Source: Trichlorobacter lovleyi SZ (GTDB taxonomy: Bacteria; Desulfobacterota; Desulfuromonadia; Geobacterales; Pseudopelobacteraceae). From it: a stretch of 32,000 nt of DNA. Both the position numbers and the translations under genes were made by a program. The DNA is taken from contig NC_010814.1 in assembly GCF_000020385.1 (NCBI RefSeq), positions 1,500,001 to 1,532,000 of the forward strand, in the 5' to 3' direction. Positions 18,895 to 26,368 of the stretch are shown here, one piece after another. Numbering within the stretch: position 1 is the first letter of the stretch; each line of letters starts with the position of its first letter. The notes under the pieces were generated by a model. It was not told the origin of the DNA, made no database searches, and was given only the letters and a program-made list of their open reading frames with translations.

Positions 18895-18959
18895 AGGAGG
18901 CAGCAGGTCAGGACCTCAATTCTGAATGCTGCTTCCCTGTCCGGTGTCCATGCTGTGTC

Positions 18960-19523
18960 TTACCGTATGATCAGATTCTCCACCGTCAGACTGCCGCCAG
19001 CGTCCCCAATGGTGAGGATACCGCTGAGAGTACTGTAGAGACCGGCATTACTGCTGAACCCGGCGTTGTAGCCGCCTTTAAGGGTAACGGCTTTGGTTAC
19101 GGTCAGGTTTTCTGTAAATGGTTCCTCTGCCAGGGTCGTTGCATTGTGAAGTTGACGTGCCAGTATGGTCGCGCCGGAAGCAGCATTGGTGTGAGCAAGG
19201 GTTAAGGTGTCATAACCGTTGCCTCCGCTGATCCTGACCTTGTAAGCACCGGCAAAGCTGCCGGTTACCGTGGTGTCGGCGGTGATGCTGAAACTGCAAC
19301 CGCCTATGCCGGAGCAACCACCTCCGCTCCAACCGCTGAAGGTTGAGTTTGCATCAGCCGCCGCAGCCAGGGTAACGGTGCTGCCGCTGTTAAATGATGC
19401 CGAACAGGTGCCGGTCTTAGTGCCGCCATTGACGGAGCTGCAGGAGATACCTGAACCACTGATGCTGCCGCCGCCTTTGACAACCCCGGCAGCGGTGTAG
19501 GCGTGGTTGACGGTGAGGGTGGG
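18960..19523 (-). repeat. 3' cassette copy 3
   Basis: Same as copy 1. Encodes PTLTVNHAYTAAG...GSFAGAYKVRISGGNGYDTLTLAH...LTVENLIIR. Confidence 0.85.
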
Positions 19524-22025
19524 CTGGGAAACAGGAATAATCCCTGTCACCACCACATCATCAATATCCCAATCATTATCGTAATTGGCATTATAGTATC
19601 TGAAACGCACCATGACATTCGATCTGCCTGCTGCAAGCGATGAAATATCAATCTGCTCTGATCCGATATAGTCAACAAGGCTCTTGCTCCAGACAGTGGT
19701 CCAGGGGCCTGCGGCTCCATTGCTGCTGATATCGACATTCGCAATTTCTGATGAATAATGATCGAAAAACGTCTTGAACTTCAACAAGACGACGCTGTAC
19801 GCGGCCAGGTTCAAGACCGGTGTGCGTAGCTCTGTATCCATGTTGACGGTACCGGCATAGTCACTGTCAGCAATGGCGAAATTGCCGGTGCCGCCGGTGT
19901 CGTTGGGATAGCCCTGCGGGTTGTCGAAACGCCAGACCGCTCCGGTGCCGGCATTGTCTGTAATGCTCCAGCCTGTTGGCGTGGTGCCGGCATCAAAGCT
20001 CTCTGACAGTACGGTGGTTGTGGTGGCCGGAACAAAGGATGCGCTTACCGTGGTGTCTGTGGTGAGGCTGACAGTGCAGGTGCCGGTACCGGAACAGCCG
20101 CCGCCGGACCAGCCGCTGAACATGGCATTGCTGTCAGCGGTTGCCGTCAGGATTACCGAAGAGTTCTGGACAAAGCTGTTGCTGCAGCTGCTGCCGCATG
20201 AAATACCGGCCGGAGATGAACTGATGGTGCCGCTGCCGGTTTTGGAAACGGTCAGGGTTCTGGTAACGGCCGGTGCAACGCTGAATGTCATGGTCGCTGC
20301 CGATGTGCTGAAGCTGTTGAATGTCAGTGCTGATCCGGTCCCATCCCACCAGACGGCACTGGGGAGGCTTGAGGCATGGAAGGCGTTGGAGTAGGCCGTT
20401 GCCGTGTTAGCCGGATAGTAGAGGTCATTGGCATCGCCGCTGTTCTGGTTGTTTTCAAAATGCCAGAGGTTGTCGGCCTGGACCAGGGTCAGCTCATAAT
20501 TGGCGTGGCTTGTATTGGGGGTCAGGCTCTGGTTGTCCCGGTCACCCAGTTCATCAACATGCCAGATGGCGATGCCTGCAGCGGGCAGGCCGCTGTCTCT
20601 GCCGGTTTTTTGCCGGTTTTCAAAGAGATAATATTCTGTGGAGACGCCGGGTTTCTGGTAGCGGTAGAAGGTGTTGTAGCCGCTGGTTGGCGCTGCGGTC
20701 AGGGAGGCGGTGCTGTTTGATACGCTGGTCAGATCGATGGTGGTGGCCCAGCCTGCAGCCCGCTTGAGGTAGGCATCAACCTGACTCGGGTTTGTGCCGC
20801 CGCCGCCATAGCCCATCAGGCTGAACTTGCCGGCACCGCCTATTGAGTCGTAATCATAATCGTACAGGTCCGGGAAGTCACAGAGCATATGACCGTTTTC
20901 ATGGCAGAAGGTACCCAGTTCCAGTGACGATCCGACATTGGTGATTTGATAATAGTACAGGTTTTTCCCGTTGCCCAATGCCACCGGGCTTGCCAGCACC
21001 CATGAGTGGGGCCAGAGGCCGTTTGACCAGACTCCGCTGGTCGCACCGGCAAAGTACACGTTAAAAGCGGCAACATTACCGTAGGCATCTGCCGTAAGCG
21101 CATTTAAGGTTGGCAGGATGGTGCTGGTGTAATCAGGTCTGGCCTTCAGGATTGCCAGGGCATCATTGATCAGCAGGCGCCCCTGGTCCCCGCAGTTGTC
21201 GTCAACTGATATGTCATTATAGTAACTTTTGGGCTGCGCCATCCGTACATAGGCAATCACCACGTTGGTGTAGGTCAGCTGGCCATTGGATACATCGCTG
21301 AAATACTTTTTGACCGAACCGTTGTTGCCGTAACCGGAATAGGAGTCGCTATTAAGAAATGAGTCTATCTCACTGTCGGCAATGGTGGCCGGATCGTCGG
21401 AAAAGTCGATCAGCAGCGTCAGGCCCTGCTTCACGCCAAGTGTTGTTGAAGAGGGTGGGGCAAGTACACTGGAACTTCCATTGCCGGTTGCGGATGCTTC
21501 CGGAGCAGATTCAAGCGTGGGGCTGTCTGATTTCTTGAGCTCCCCCAGTTTTTTTGCCTTCAACTGTTTCCAGCGTTCCGACAGCCCGATCTCCTGATCC
21601 CACTTCGCTCTTTTGGCACGGGCAGCAGCAGCAGCTGCTGCTGCGTCAATACGGATATGCTGATTCAGACCCCGGGGGGGCTTGTCGTGAGCAAGTACGC
21701 CGGTAGAGACGAGACTCTTTCCGTCAGCCGCACGTGTGGCGTAATAGTAGGCCTTTGTTTTGGGGTCAAAGAGCACCGTGTAGCCGGTTTTTGTTTCAAA
21801 GACGGCATGGAATTCATCACCTTGCCCCTGTAGTGTGATCCTCGAGTTGTCCGGTTGGGTAAACTGAAAATCCTTTGCAAACGGGGCTGCCCACACAAGT
21901 GCGGATGAGGCAAGCACACACAGTAGTGCGAACAGGATGCCGACAGAAAGGCGTTTGTAAGAAGGATGGCGCATCACAGCCGCTACCGTTTTGTCTCGTC
22001 TGGTCATACCTGAAATGCTATGCAC
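18960..22025 (-). CDS. Secreted M6-family (immune inhibitor A-like) zinc metalloprotease with B-repeat / MAM-like / B-repeat / shared terminal module chassis
   Basis: GTG start at 22025 with GGAGG 8 nt upstream. TQPDNSRITLQGQGDEFHAVFET M6 N-motif. CHENGHMLCDFPDLYD (HENGH at 20903-20889). Ends ...LKGGYNAGFSSNAGLYSTLSGILTIGDAGGSLTVENLIIR. Confidence 0.9.
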   Translation of the reverse strand: MHSISGMTRRDKTVAAVMRHPSYKRLSVGILFALLCVLASSALVWAAPFAKDFQFTQPDNSRITLQGQGDEFHAVFETKTGYTVLFDPKTKAYYYATRAADGKSLVSTGVLAHDKPPRGLNQHIRIDAAAAAAAARAKRAKWDQEIGLSERWKQLKAKKLGELKKSDSPTLESAPEASATGNGSSSVLAPPSSTTLGVKQGLTLLIDFSDDPATIADSEIDSFLNSDSYSGYGNNGSVKKYFSDVSNGQLTYTNVVIAYVRMAQPKSYYNDISVDDNCGDQGRLLINDALAILKARPDYTSTILPTLNALTADAYGNVAAFNVYFAGATSGVWSNGLWPHSWVLASPVALGNGKNLYYYQITNVGSSLELGTFCHENGHMLCDFPDLYDYDYDSIGGAGKFSLMGYGGGGTNPSQVDAYLKRAAGWATTIDLTSVSNSTASLTAAPTSGYNTFYRYQKPGVSTEYYLFENRQKTGRDSGLPAAGIAIWHVDELGDRDNQSLTPNTSHANYELTLVQADNLWHFENNQNSGDANDLYYPANTATAYSNAFHASSLPSAVWWDGTGSALTFNSFSTSAATMTFSVAPAVTRTLTVSKTGSGTISSSPAGISCGSSCSNSFVQNSSVILTATADSNAMFSGWSGGGCSGTGTCTVSLTTDTTVSASFVPATTTTVLSESFDAGTTPTGWSITDNAGTGAVWRFDNPQGYPNDTGGTGNFAIADSDYAGTVNMDTELRTPVLNLAAYSVVLLKFKTFFDHYSSEIANVDISSNGAAGPWTTVWSKSLVDYIGSEQIDISSLAAGRSNVMVRFRYYNANYDNDWDIDDVVVTGIIPVSQPTLTVNHAYTAAGVVKGGGSISGSGISCSSVNGGTKTGTCSASFNSGSTVTLAAAADANSTFSGWSGGGCSGIGGCSFSITADTTVTGSFAGAYKVRISGGNGYDTLTLAHTNAASGATILARQLHNATTLAEEPFTENLTVTKAVTLKGGYNAGFSSNAGLYSTLSGILTIGDAGGSLTVENLIIR

Positions 22026-22072
22026 GGTTGTTTCCTCCAGTCTGTCCGGGAGTCTGCCCTATCCTCCAGAGG

Positions 22073-22972
22073 TTAGGGTGCGGTCACCAGCACGGTCCGG
22101 CTGGTTGCACCACCGGGGTTCACCACCTGTATGCGCAGCTCTTTGGGGGATGATGAGTAAGGGTGCCGCTCGTAGACCATTCTGGTGCAGTCCTGGTAGA
22201 TCAGGCGGTCCCGTTGCTGGTTGTTGTTACCTTCTACCCTGACCCCGTCAACCATCAGGCTGCTGGTCTGCAGGAAGTTGTCGCCTTCAATGATCAATTC
22301 ATAGCTGTTGACATGGTCGCTGCCGGTGGTGATCGAGCTTATGTCGGGGGCGGTGACAATGGAAAGTCCAAGTGGCGTGCTGCTGATGTCGCCGTTTTTG
22401 ACCGCAACCTGATGCAGACCATCGCGTACATTGGGGGCTGTGAATTTAATGGTATCGGGGGAGGTGACACGGCTGCGAATAATGGCGCCATTAAACAGCA
22501 GTTGTGAAGAGGCGTTGAAGTTGCGCCCCTGTACGGTTACTTCGCGGGCTGTACCGCTGGTACAGGAGGTAACCCGGTCAGGATCGATGCTGATAGCCAC
22601 CGGTTTAAGCGGCAGTACCGTAAAGGCGTAGGAGCGGGAAGCACCATCCGGGGCGGTCACAGTTAGTGAATACTGTCCCGGTGCAGCATCCCGGGGGATA
22701 TCAAAGGCGATCCGGCGGTCATTCAGCACCCGCCAGGCAAGCTCATCGCCTCCCAGTGCCAGCCTCAGGCCGTCACTGATCCCGTTTATGGCCAGCAATA
22801 TCTGAGTGCCCGGTTCTGCCTGCGCCGGCACGATACTGAATACAACAAGCGGTCCCGCTTGCTTTGTAGAACGGGGAGCGGCAGCCTGGCCGGACGGAGG
22901 TGCTGCGTGTGCTGTTGCAAGTTGCAGGACAATAGTCAGTGCCAGAAGGGATTGTAAGGCATACTGCAGCAT
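22073..22972 (-). CDS. Secreted protein made of three IPT/TIG (Ig-like) domains, encoded directly after the pseudopilins
   Basis: GAGGTG RBS before ATG 22972. Signal peptide MLQYALQSLLALTIVLQLATAHA. Three repeats of the xIxSIxPxxxxxGTxxxIxGxNF type. No shared terminal module. Confidence 0.8.
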   Translation of the reverse strand: MLQYALQSLLALTIVLQLATAHAAPPSGQAAAPRSTKQAGPLVVFSIVPAQAEPGTQILLAINGISDGLRLALGGDELAWRVLNDRRIAFDIPRDAAPGQYSLTVTAPDGASRSYAFTVLPLKPVAISIDPDRVTSCTSGTAREVTVQGRNFNASSQLLFNGAIIRSRVTSPDTIKFTAPNVRDGLHQVAVKNGDISSTPLGLSIVTAPDISSITTGSDHVNSYELIIEGDNFLQTSSLMVDGVRVEGNNNQQRDRLIYQDCTRMVYERHPYSSSPKELRIQVVNPGGATSRTVLVTAP

Positions 22973-23081
22973 ATGGTCACCTCGGGTTTACCTGTCAATG
23001 TTGCATGGTACATTCTGAATGTTGGATGATGCCCGTTGTATTCAGCATTCAGCATCCAAAATTCAAAATTGCCTTTCTAAC

Positions 23082-23543
23082 TTACCATTCCTTGTACGGA
23101 ACGCCGTTGCTCCCCACCAGGTCTGAGCCGCTTTGTACATCATAGACATTGCCCTTGGGCAGCGGGATGGCCCCCACCGGCTGGGGATTGGTGCCGCTGT
23201 TTTCCGGCGGTTTTTCCGCAGGAGGAGGGATAGTGATCCAGGTGTCATTCTTTCTGGTAAAGGGATCGGTAGGAATGCCGCGCAGGTACTTGCGTTCGCT
23301 AAGATCTTCAAGTTTGTCCGGGTATTTGCCCTGGTCAGCATAGTACTGGTCAATGGCCGAACGGATGCCATAGAGATTCTCCTGCAGGACCGCCTCGCGG
23401 GCCCGGATCAGGGCCCACTGGTAATTGGGCACGGCAATGGCCACCAGAATGCCGATGATGGTCATGACGATCATCAGCTCAATCAGGGTAAAGCCGTTCC
23501 TGCTCGTAATGGAATTACCAGTCTTTATAGCTGCTGCCGTCAA
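23082..23543 (-). CDS. gspG: GspG-type major pseudopilin (prepilin N-terminal methylation domain)
   Basis: G/FTLIELMIVMTIIGILVAIAVPNY with Glu at +5, YLRGIPTDPF motif, C-terminal ...GVPYKEW. Start is uncertain. I favour TTG 23543 (AAGGAG at 23555-23550, 6-nt spacer, 17-aa leader). In-frame ATGs at 23582 and 23606 would give 30- or 38-aa leaders. Confidence 0.85.
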   Translation of the reverse strand: MTAAAIKTGNSITSRNGFTLIELMIVMTIIGILVAIAVPNYQWALIRAREAVLQENLYGIRSAIDQYYADQGKYPDKLEDLSERKYLRGIPTDPFTRKNDTWITIPPPAEKPPENSGTNPQPVGAIPLPKGNVYDVQSGSDLVGSNGVPYKEW

Positions 23544-24003
23544 TGGCAACTCCTTCGCTGAGTGAATAGACGTCAAACACATCTTCCTTGCCCCAACTGG
23601 CTGCATCAGGTTGATCCGTATAGGAGCGCATGCCCCACTGCGGCGGCTGGCCCGGCTGGGGGGGATTCATCGGGTCAGGAGGAATGCGGCGCAGAAACTT
23701 GCGCTTGGCTCCGTACAGACCGCCGAAATCCTCTCCTTCAACCAGCAGTTCAAGGGTCTTGGGGTAGCCTGAGGCCTGCAGGGTTGCCACAATCTTTTTC
23801 TGTTCAACCGCCTTGTCATAGGCTTTTTTATAGTCATCAATCGCCGTGCGAATGGTGCGCAGGTTGCGGTGCAACTCAATCTCGCGGGTCCGTTTGGCGG
23901 TCATGCGGGTAAACGGCAGTACTGCTGATGCCAGCAGTGCCAGCAGGGTGACCGCTATTATCAGCTCAACCAGAGTTACCCCTTTGGTGCTGCGGCCAAT
24001 CAT
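23515..24003 (-). CDS. Second GspG-like pseudopilin
   Basis: MIGRSTKG/VTLVELIIAVTLLALLA (8-aa leader, Glu at +5), FLRRIPPDPM motif, C-terminal ...GSSYKDW. Its ATG overlaps the secretin stop as ATGA (24003-24000). Confidence 0.85.
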   Translation of the reverse strand: MIGRSTKGVTLVELIIAVTLLALLASAVLPFTRMTAKRTREIELHRNLRTIRTAIDDYKKAYDKAVEQKKIVATLQASGYPKTLELLVEGEDFGGLYGAKRKFLRRIPPDPMNPPQPGQPPQWGMRSYTDQPDAASWGKEDVFDVYSLSEGVAIDGSSYKDW

Positions 24004-26309
24004 GGACCAGCCGCCTCGTTGGCAGGTTCGGGCGGAGCCGTTGATGAACCCAGGTCCGGCTCCGGCGGTGGTGGTGCTTGCGCCGGGTCCGGCTCTGCAG
24101 CAACCGCCGCTGGAACCGGTTCAGGTTCTACGGTAACCGGTGGTGGTGGCGGCGCAGGCTGTGCCACCACCGGTGCAGCAACCGGAGTCGTCGTCGGCTG
24201 TTGACGGCCCGGCACCGGGGCCATTTTAAAGACACTGTTCGGCTTTCTGGCAGGCGGTGGCATAACCGGCCGGTTCTGTGTCGCTGGTGTTGCTGCCGCT
24301 GCCCCGGGCTGTTGCTGTGGTGCAGCTCCTGTCTTGGCCGGAACTGTTGGCAGAGGTGCCGGCCTGGTTGACGGTTGCGCCGGTATGCCCTGTGGCGGTT
24401 GTGGTTTGATTGCCGGAACTGCCTGGTGAACTGCCGCTGCCGGCACCGGCGCGGCGTATTCCGGCTCCTGTTCAAATGAGGCATAGGGTGGTGTCACCGA
24501 CGGGTCATCCTCTTTGCCGGAGATAAAGGAGGTTACCTTGCGGGGTTGCACGGTCACGCCTCTGACGAGCCTGGGTGTAATGGCCAGGATCAGCTCGGTC
24601 TTGTCGTTGTCGGTCTTGCTGTTTGACAAGAGCGGTCCGATAAGCGGGATGTCACCCAGCAGGAAGATCTTCTGTTTGCTGTCGCTGTTGCTGTGGGAGA
24701 TCAGGCCGCCGATCACGCTGGTCTCACCGTCTTTGAGGCTTAGGACCGTATCAAGGTTGCGGGTGCCGATGGTGACCACCGTGGTGGCACTGTCCTTGCC
24801 CCCCACGGTCTCGCGGGAGATGATCGAGCTGACCTCAAGTCCCAGCTTGATGGAGACCTCGTTGTTGAGCTGGATGGTGGGCTCGGCATTGACCTTGACC
24901 CCCACATCCACGTACTGCACGTTGACCTGCGAGGTGGTGCCGGTGGTGGCCATGGTGGTGGTGGTGATCGGTACCCTGGTGCCGACATTGAACTTGGCCT
25001 TTTCCTTGTTCTTGACCCTGATCTTGGGATTGGAGAGTACCTCGCCGTTGGTCAGGGTCTTGCCGAAGTTGTACTGGGCATTGGGCACGGTGACATAACC
25101 GCCGAAGCTGTTGATGCTGAAGGCCTTGACCAGGTTCTTGATGGTTGCATCGGTGGTGACCGTGGTGGATGTCGTGGAGGTGGTGTCCTTGAGCGTGGTT
25201 GCCAGCAGTTCGTTGCTGGGGGAGAACGCCCCCAGCTGCACATCGTAGTTGCTCAGCAGCAGACCGACGTTGTGGGCGTTCTTGTCACTGATCTCGATCA
25301 CCTCGACATCCAGCACCACCTCTGCCTCCGGCAGGTCATGGGCCTCCAGGATCTTTTCAATCACATCGGTGACATCACTGGTATCCCGTACCACCAGGGC
25401 ATTGGCATCCTCGTTGATATACAGCCGCCGCACCTGCAGCATGGTCCTGATCAGGTTGGCCGCCTTCTTGGCATCCAGGTGGTTCAGGTGGAAGGTGCGC
25501 AGCTGCATGTCCTGGTACTGCTTGGTCTTCTCCGCACTCTGCGGGTAGATCAATACCGTGGTCTCGTTCAGTATCTTGTGACCCAGTTTGTACATGCCGG
25601 TCAGGAGGTCGGTTGACTGGCGGAAGGTGGCGTTTTCCAGGGTAATGGTGACACTCTGGTCTTTGACATCCGGGTCAAAGATGAAGTTGATGCCGGACAG
25701 TTGCGAGATGACCGAGAAGATATCCTTCAGGCGTGTTTCACGGAAACGCAGGGTGATCGGCTGTTTTGACTTCAACTGCAGCTCAAAGCCGTCAAGCTTG
25801 GATTTGCGCAGCGCGGCAATGCGCTGGGCTGCGCTGCGGTACTCCGGGTTCTCCGCTGCCAGATCCAGGGCCCGTCCAAAGGCGGTGGCTGCGTCCCGCA
25901 GCTTGTTGCCTTTTTCCAGGGTCAGACCTTCCTGATAAGCGGCCGCGGCATCCCGCAACCGGATGGCGTTGTTTGCCTTCTGCACAAGCCGGGGCTGACT
26001 AGGGTCAAGACCGGCAGCGGTTTGATAGGCAGCCACGGCACCGGCATAGTTGCCTGTCTTCAGCAGGGTATCACCCTCCTGCTCGCGCCCCCTGGCCGCA
26101 GCCATGCGTGTATTCAGGAATTTTACCCGGTATTCAGACTCCTCCGGAGCAGCTTTGACCGCCTCGGCGTAGCGGTACATCGCCTCTTCCAGCTTGCCCT
26201 GTTCTTCCAGATCCCTGCCTTCGCTATAATTTTTGCGGGCGGCGGAACAACCGGAAATAAAAAGTGCTAAGGCTACCACTAAAATAGCTATGTAACGTGG
26301 TTTAGTCAT
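24000..26309 (-). CDS. Secretin (GspD/PilQ family) lipoprotein with N-terminal TPR region and Pro/Ala-rich C-terminal tail
   Basis: Likely start is ATG 26309 (MTKPRYIAILVVALALFISGC, lipobox LFISGC). The track ORF starts at TTG 26339. TPR-like helical repeats, N0/N1-like ITLRFRETRLKDIFSVISQLSGINFIFD, and secretin core VQYVDVGVKV...LSLKDGETSVIGGL...FLLGDIPLIGPLL. The ~153-aa low-complexity tail is encoded at 24003-24461. Confidence 0.92.
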   Translation of the reverse strand: MTKPRYIAILVVALALFISGCSAARKNYSEGRDLEEQGKLEEAMYRYAEAVKAAPEESEYRVKFLNTRMAAARGREQEGDTLLKTGNYAGAVAAYQTAAGLDPSQPRLVQKANNAIRLRDAAAAYQEGLTLEKGNKLRDAATAFGRALDLAAENPEYRSAAQRIAALRKSKLDGFELQLKSKQPITLRFRETRLKDIFSVISQLSGINFIFDPDVKDQSVTITLENATFRQSTDLLTGMYKLGHKILNETTVLIYPQSAEKTKQYQDMQLRTFHLNHLDAKKAANLIRTMLQVRRLYINEDANALVVRDTSDVTDVIEKILEAHDLPEAEVVLDVEVIEISDKNAHNVGLLLSNYDVQLGAFSPSNELLATTLKDTTSTTSTTVTTDATIKNLVKAFSINSFGGYVTVPNAQYNFGKTLTNGEVLSNPKIRVKNKEKAKFNVGTRVPITTTTMATTGTTSQVNVQYVDVGVKVNAEPTIQLNNEVSIKLGLEVSSIISRETVGGKDSATTVVTIGTRNLDTVLSLKDGETSVIGGLISHSNSDSKQKIFLLGDIPLIGPLLSNSKTDNDKTELILAITPRLVRGVTVQPRKVTSFISGKEDDPSVTPPYASFEQEPEYAAPVPAAAVHQAVPAIKPQPPQGIPAQPSTRPAPLPTVPAKTGAAPQQQPGAAAATPATQNRPVMPPPARKPNSVFKMAPVPGRQQPTTTPVAAPVVAQPAPPPPPVTVEPEPVPAAVAAEPDPAQAPPPPEPDLGSSTAPPEPANEAAGP

Positions 26310-26368
26310 ATCATCTCCACAGATAACAACTTCATACAACTACCAGATTTCACCATTCAAAATTGCCT

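Noticed and set aside
6374-19250. Terminal module as a known sorting signal (PEP-CTERM, LPXTG, GlyGly-CTERM, T9SS CTD, T1SS/RTX, OMP beta-signal)
   Set aside because: It has no C-terminal TM helix or basic tail, no PEP/LPXTG/GG motif, no GGxGxD repeats and no terminal aromatic residue. A T9SS CTD is not expected outside the Bacteroidota-type gene context, and no T9SS genes are present. An N-terminal copy in the cytochrome also argues against a purely C-terminal signal.
10424-19523. Diversity-generating retroelement (template/variable repeat) explanation for the repeated C-terminal cassettes
   Set aside because: No reverse transcriptase or accessory gene is in the window. There are three or more diverged copies rather than a TR/VR pair. 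In my hand alignment the mismatches involve all four bases, not adenine-specific substitutions.
6374-19523. CRISPR array or other short-spacer repeat structure
   Set aside because: The repeats are 250-560 nt, diverged, in-frame protein-coding segments separated by kilobases. There are no 25-40-nt direct repeats with unique spacers.
10722-20394. Recurring + strand ORFs translating to MPVTVVS...VPEQPPPxQPLKVEFASAAAARVTVLP (10722-10964, 11457-11840, 13744-14064, 14299-14850, 19270-19500, 19921-20394)
   Set aside because: Their recurrence looked like a repeated small gene. They are simply the antisense frames of the repeated B-repeat cassettes. The sense frames carry strong domain signatures and continuous long ORFs.
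6623-22072. Cargo block as a classical mobile genomic island
   Set aside because: There is no integrase, transposase, tRNA gene, flanking direct repeat or phage/conjugation gene. The only hints of foreign origin are local GC dips in catalytic heads. Insertion versus in-situ expansion cannot be decided from this window.
5603-26339. Longest-ORF start codons from the track (5603, 10261, 15845, 18737, 26339)
   Set aside because: In each case a downstream ATG is preceded by a Shine-Dalgarno-like sequence at 5-7 nt (strong at 5627, 15824 and 18698; weaker at 10183 and 26309). Each such start opens directly into a signal peptide or lipobox, and the upstream extensions add non-signal residues. Starts 5627, 10183, 15824, 18698 and 26309 are preferred but remain predictions.
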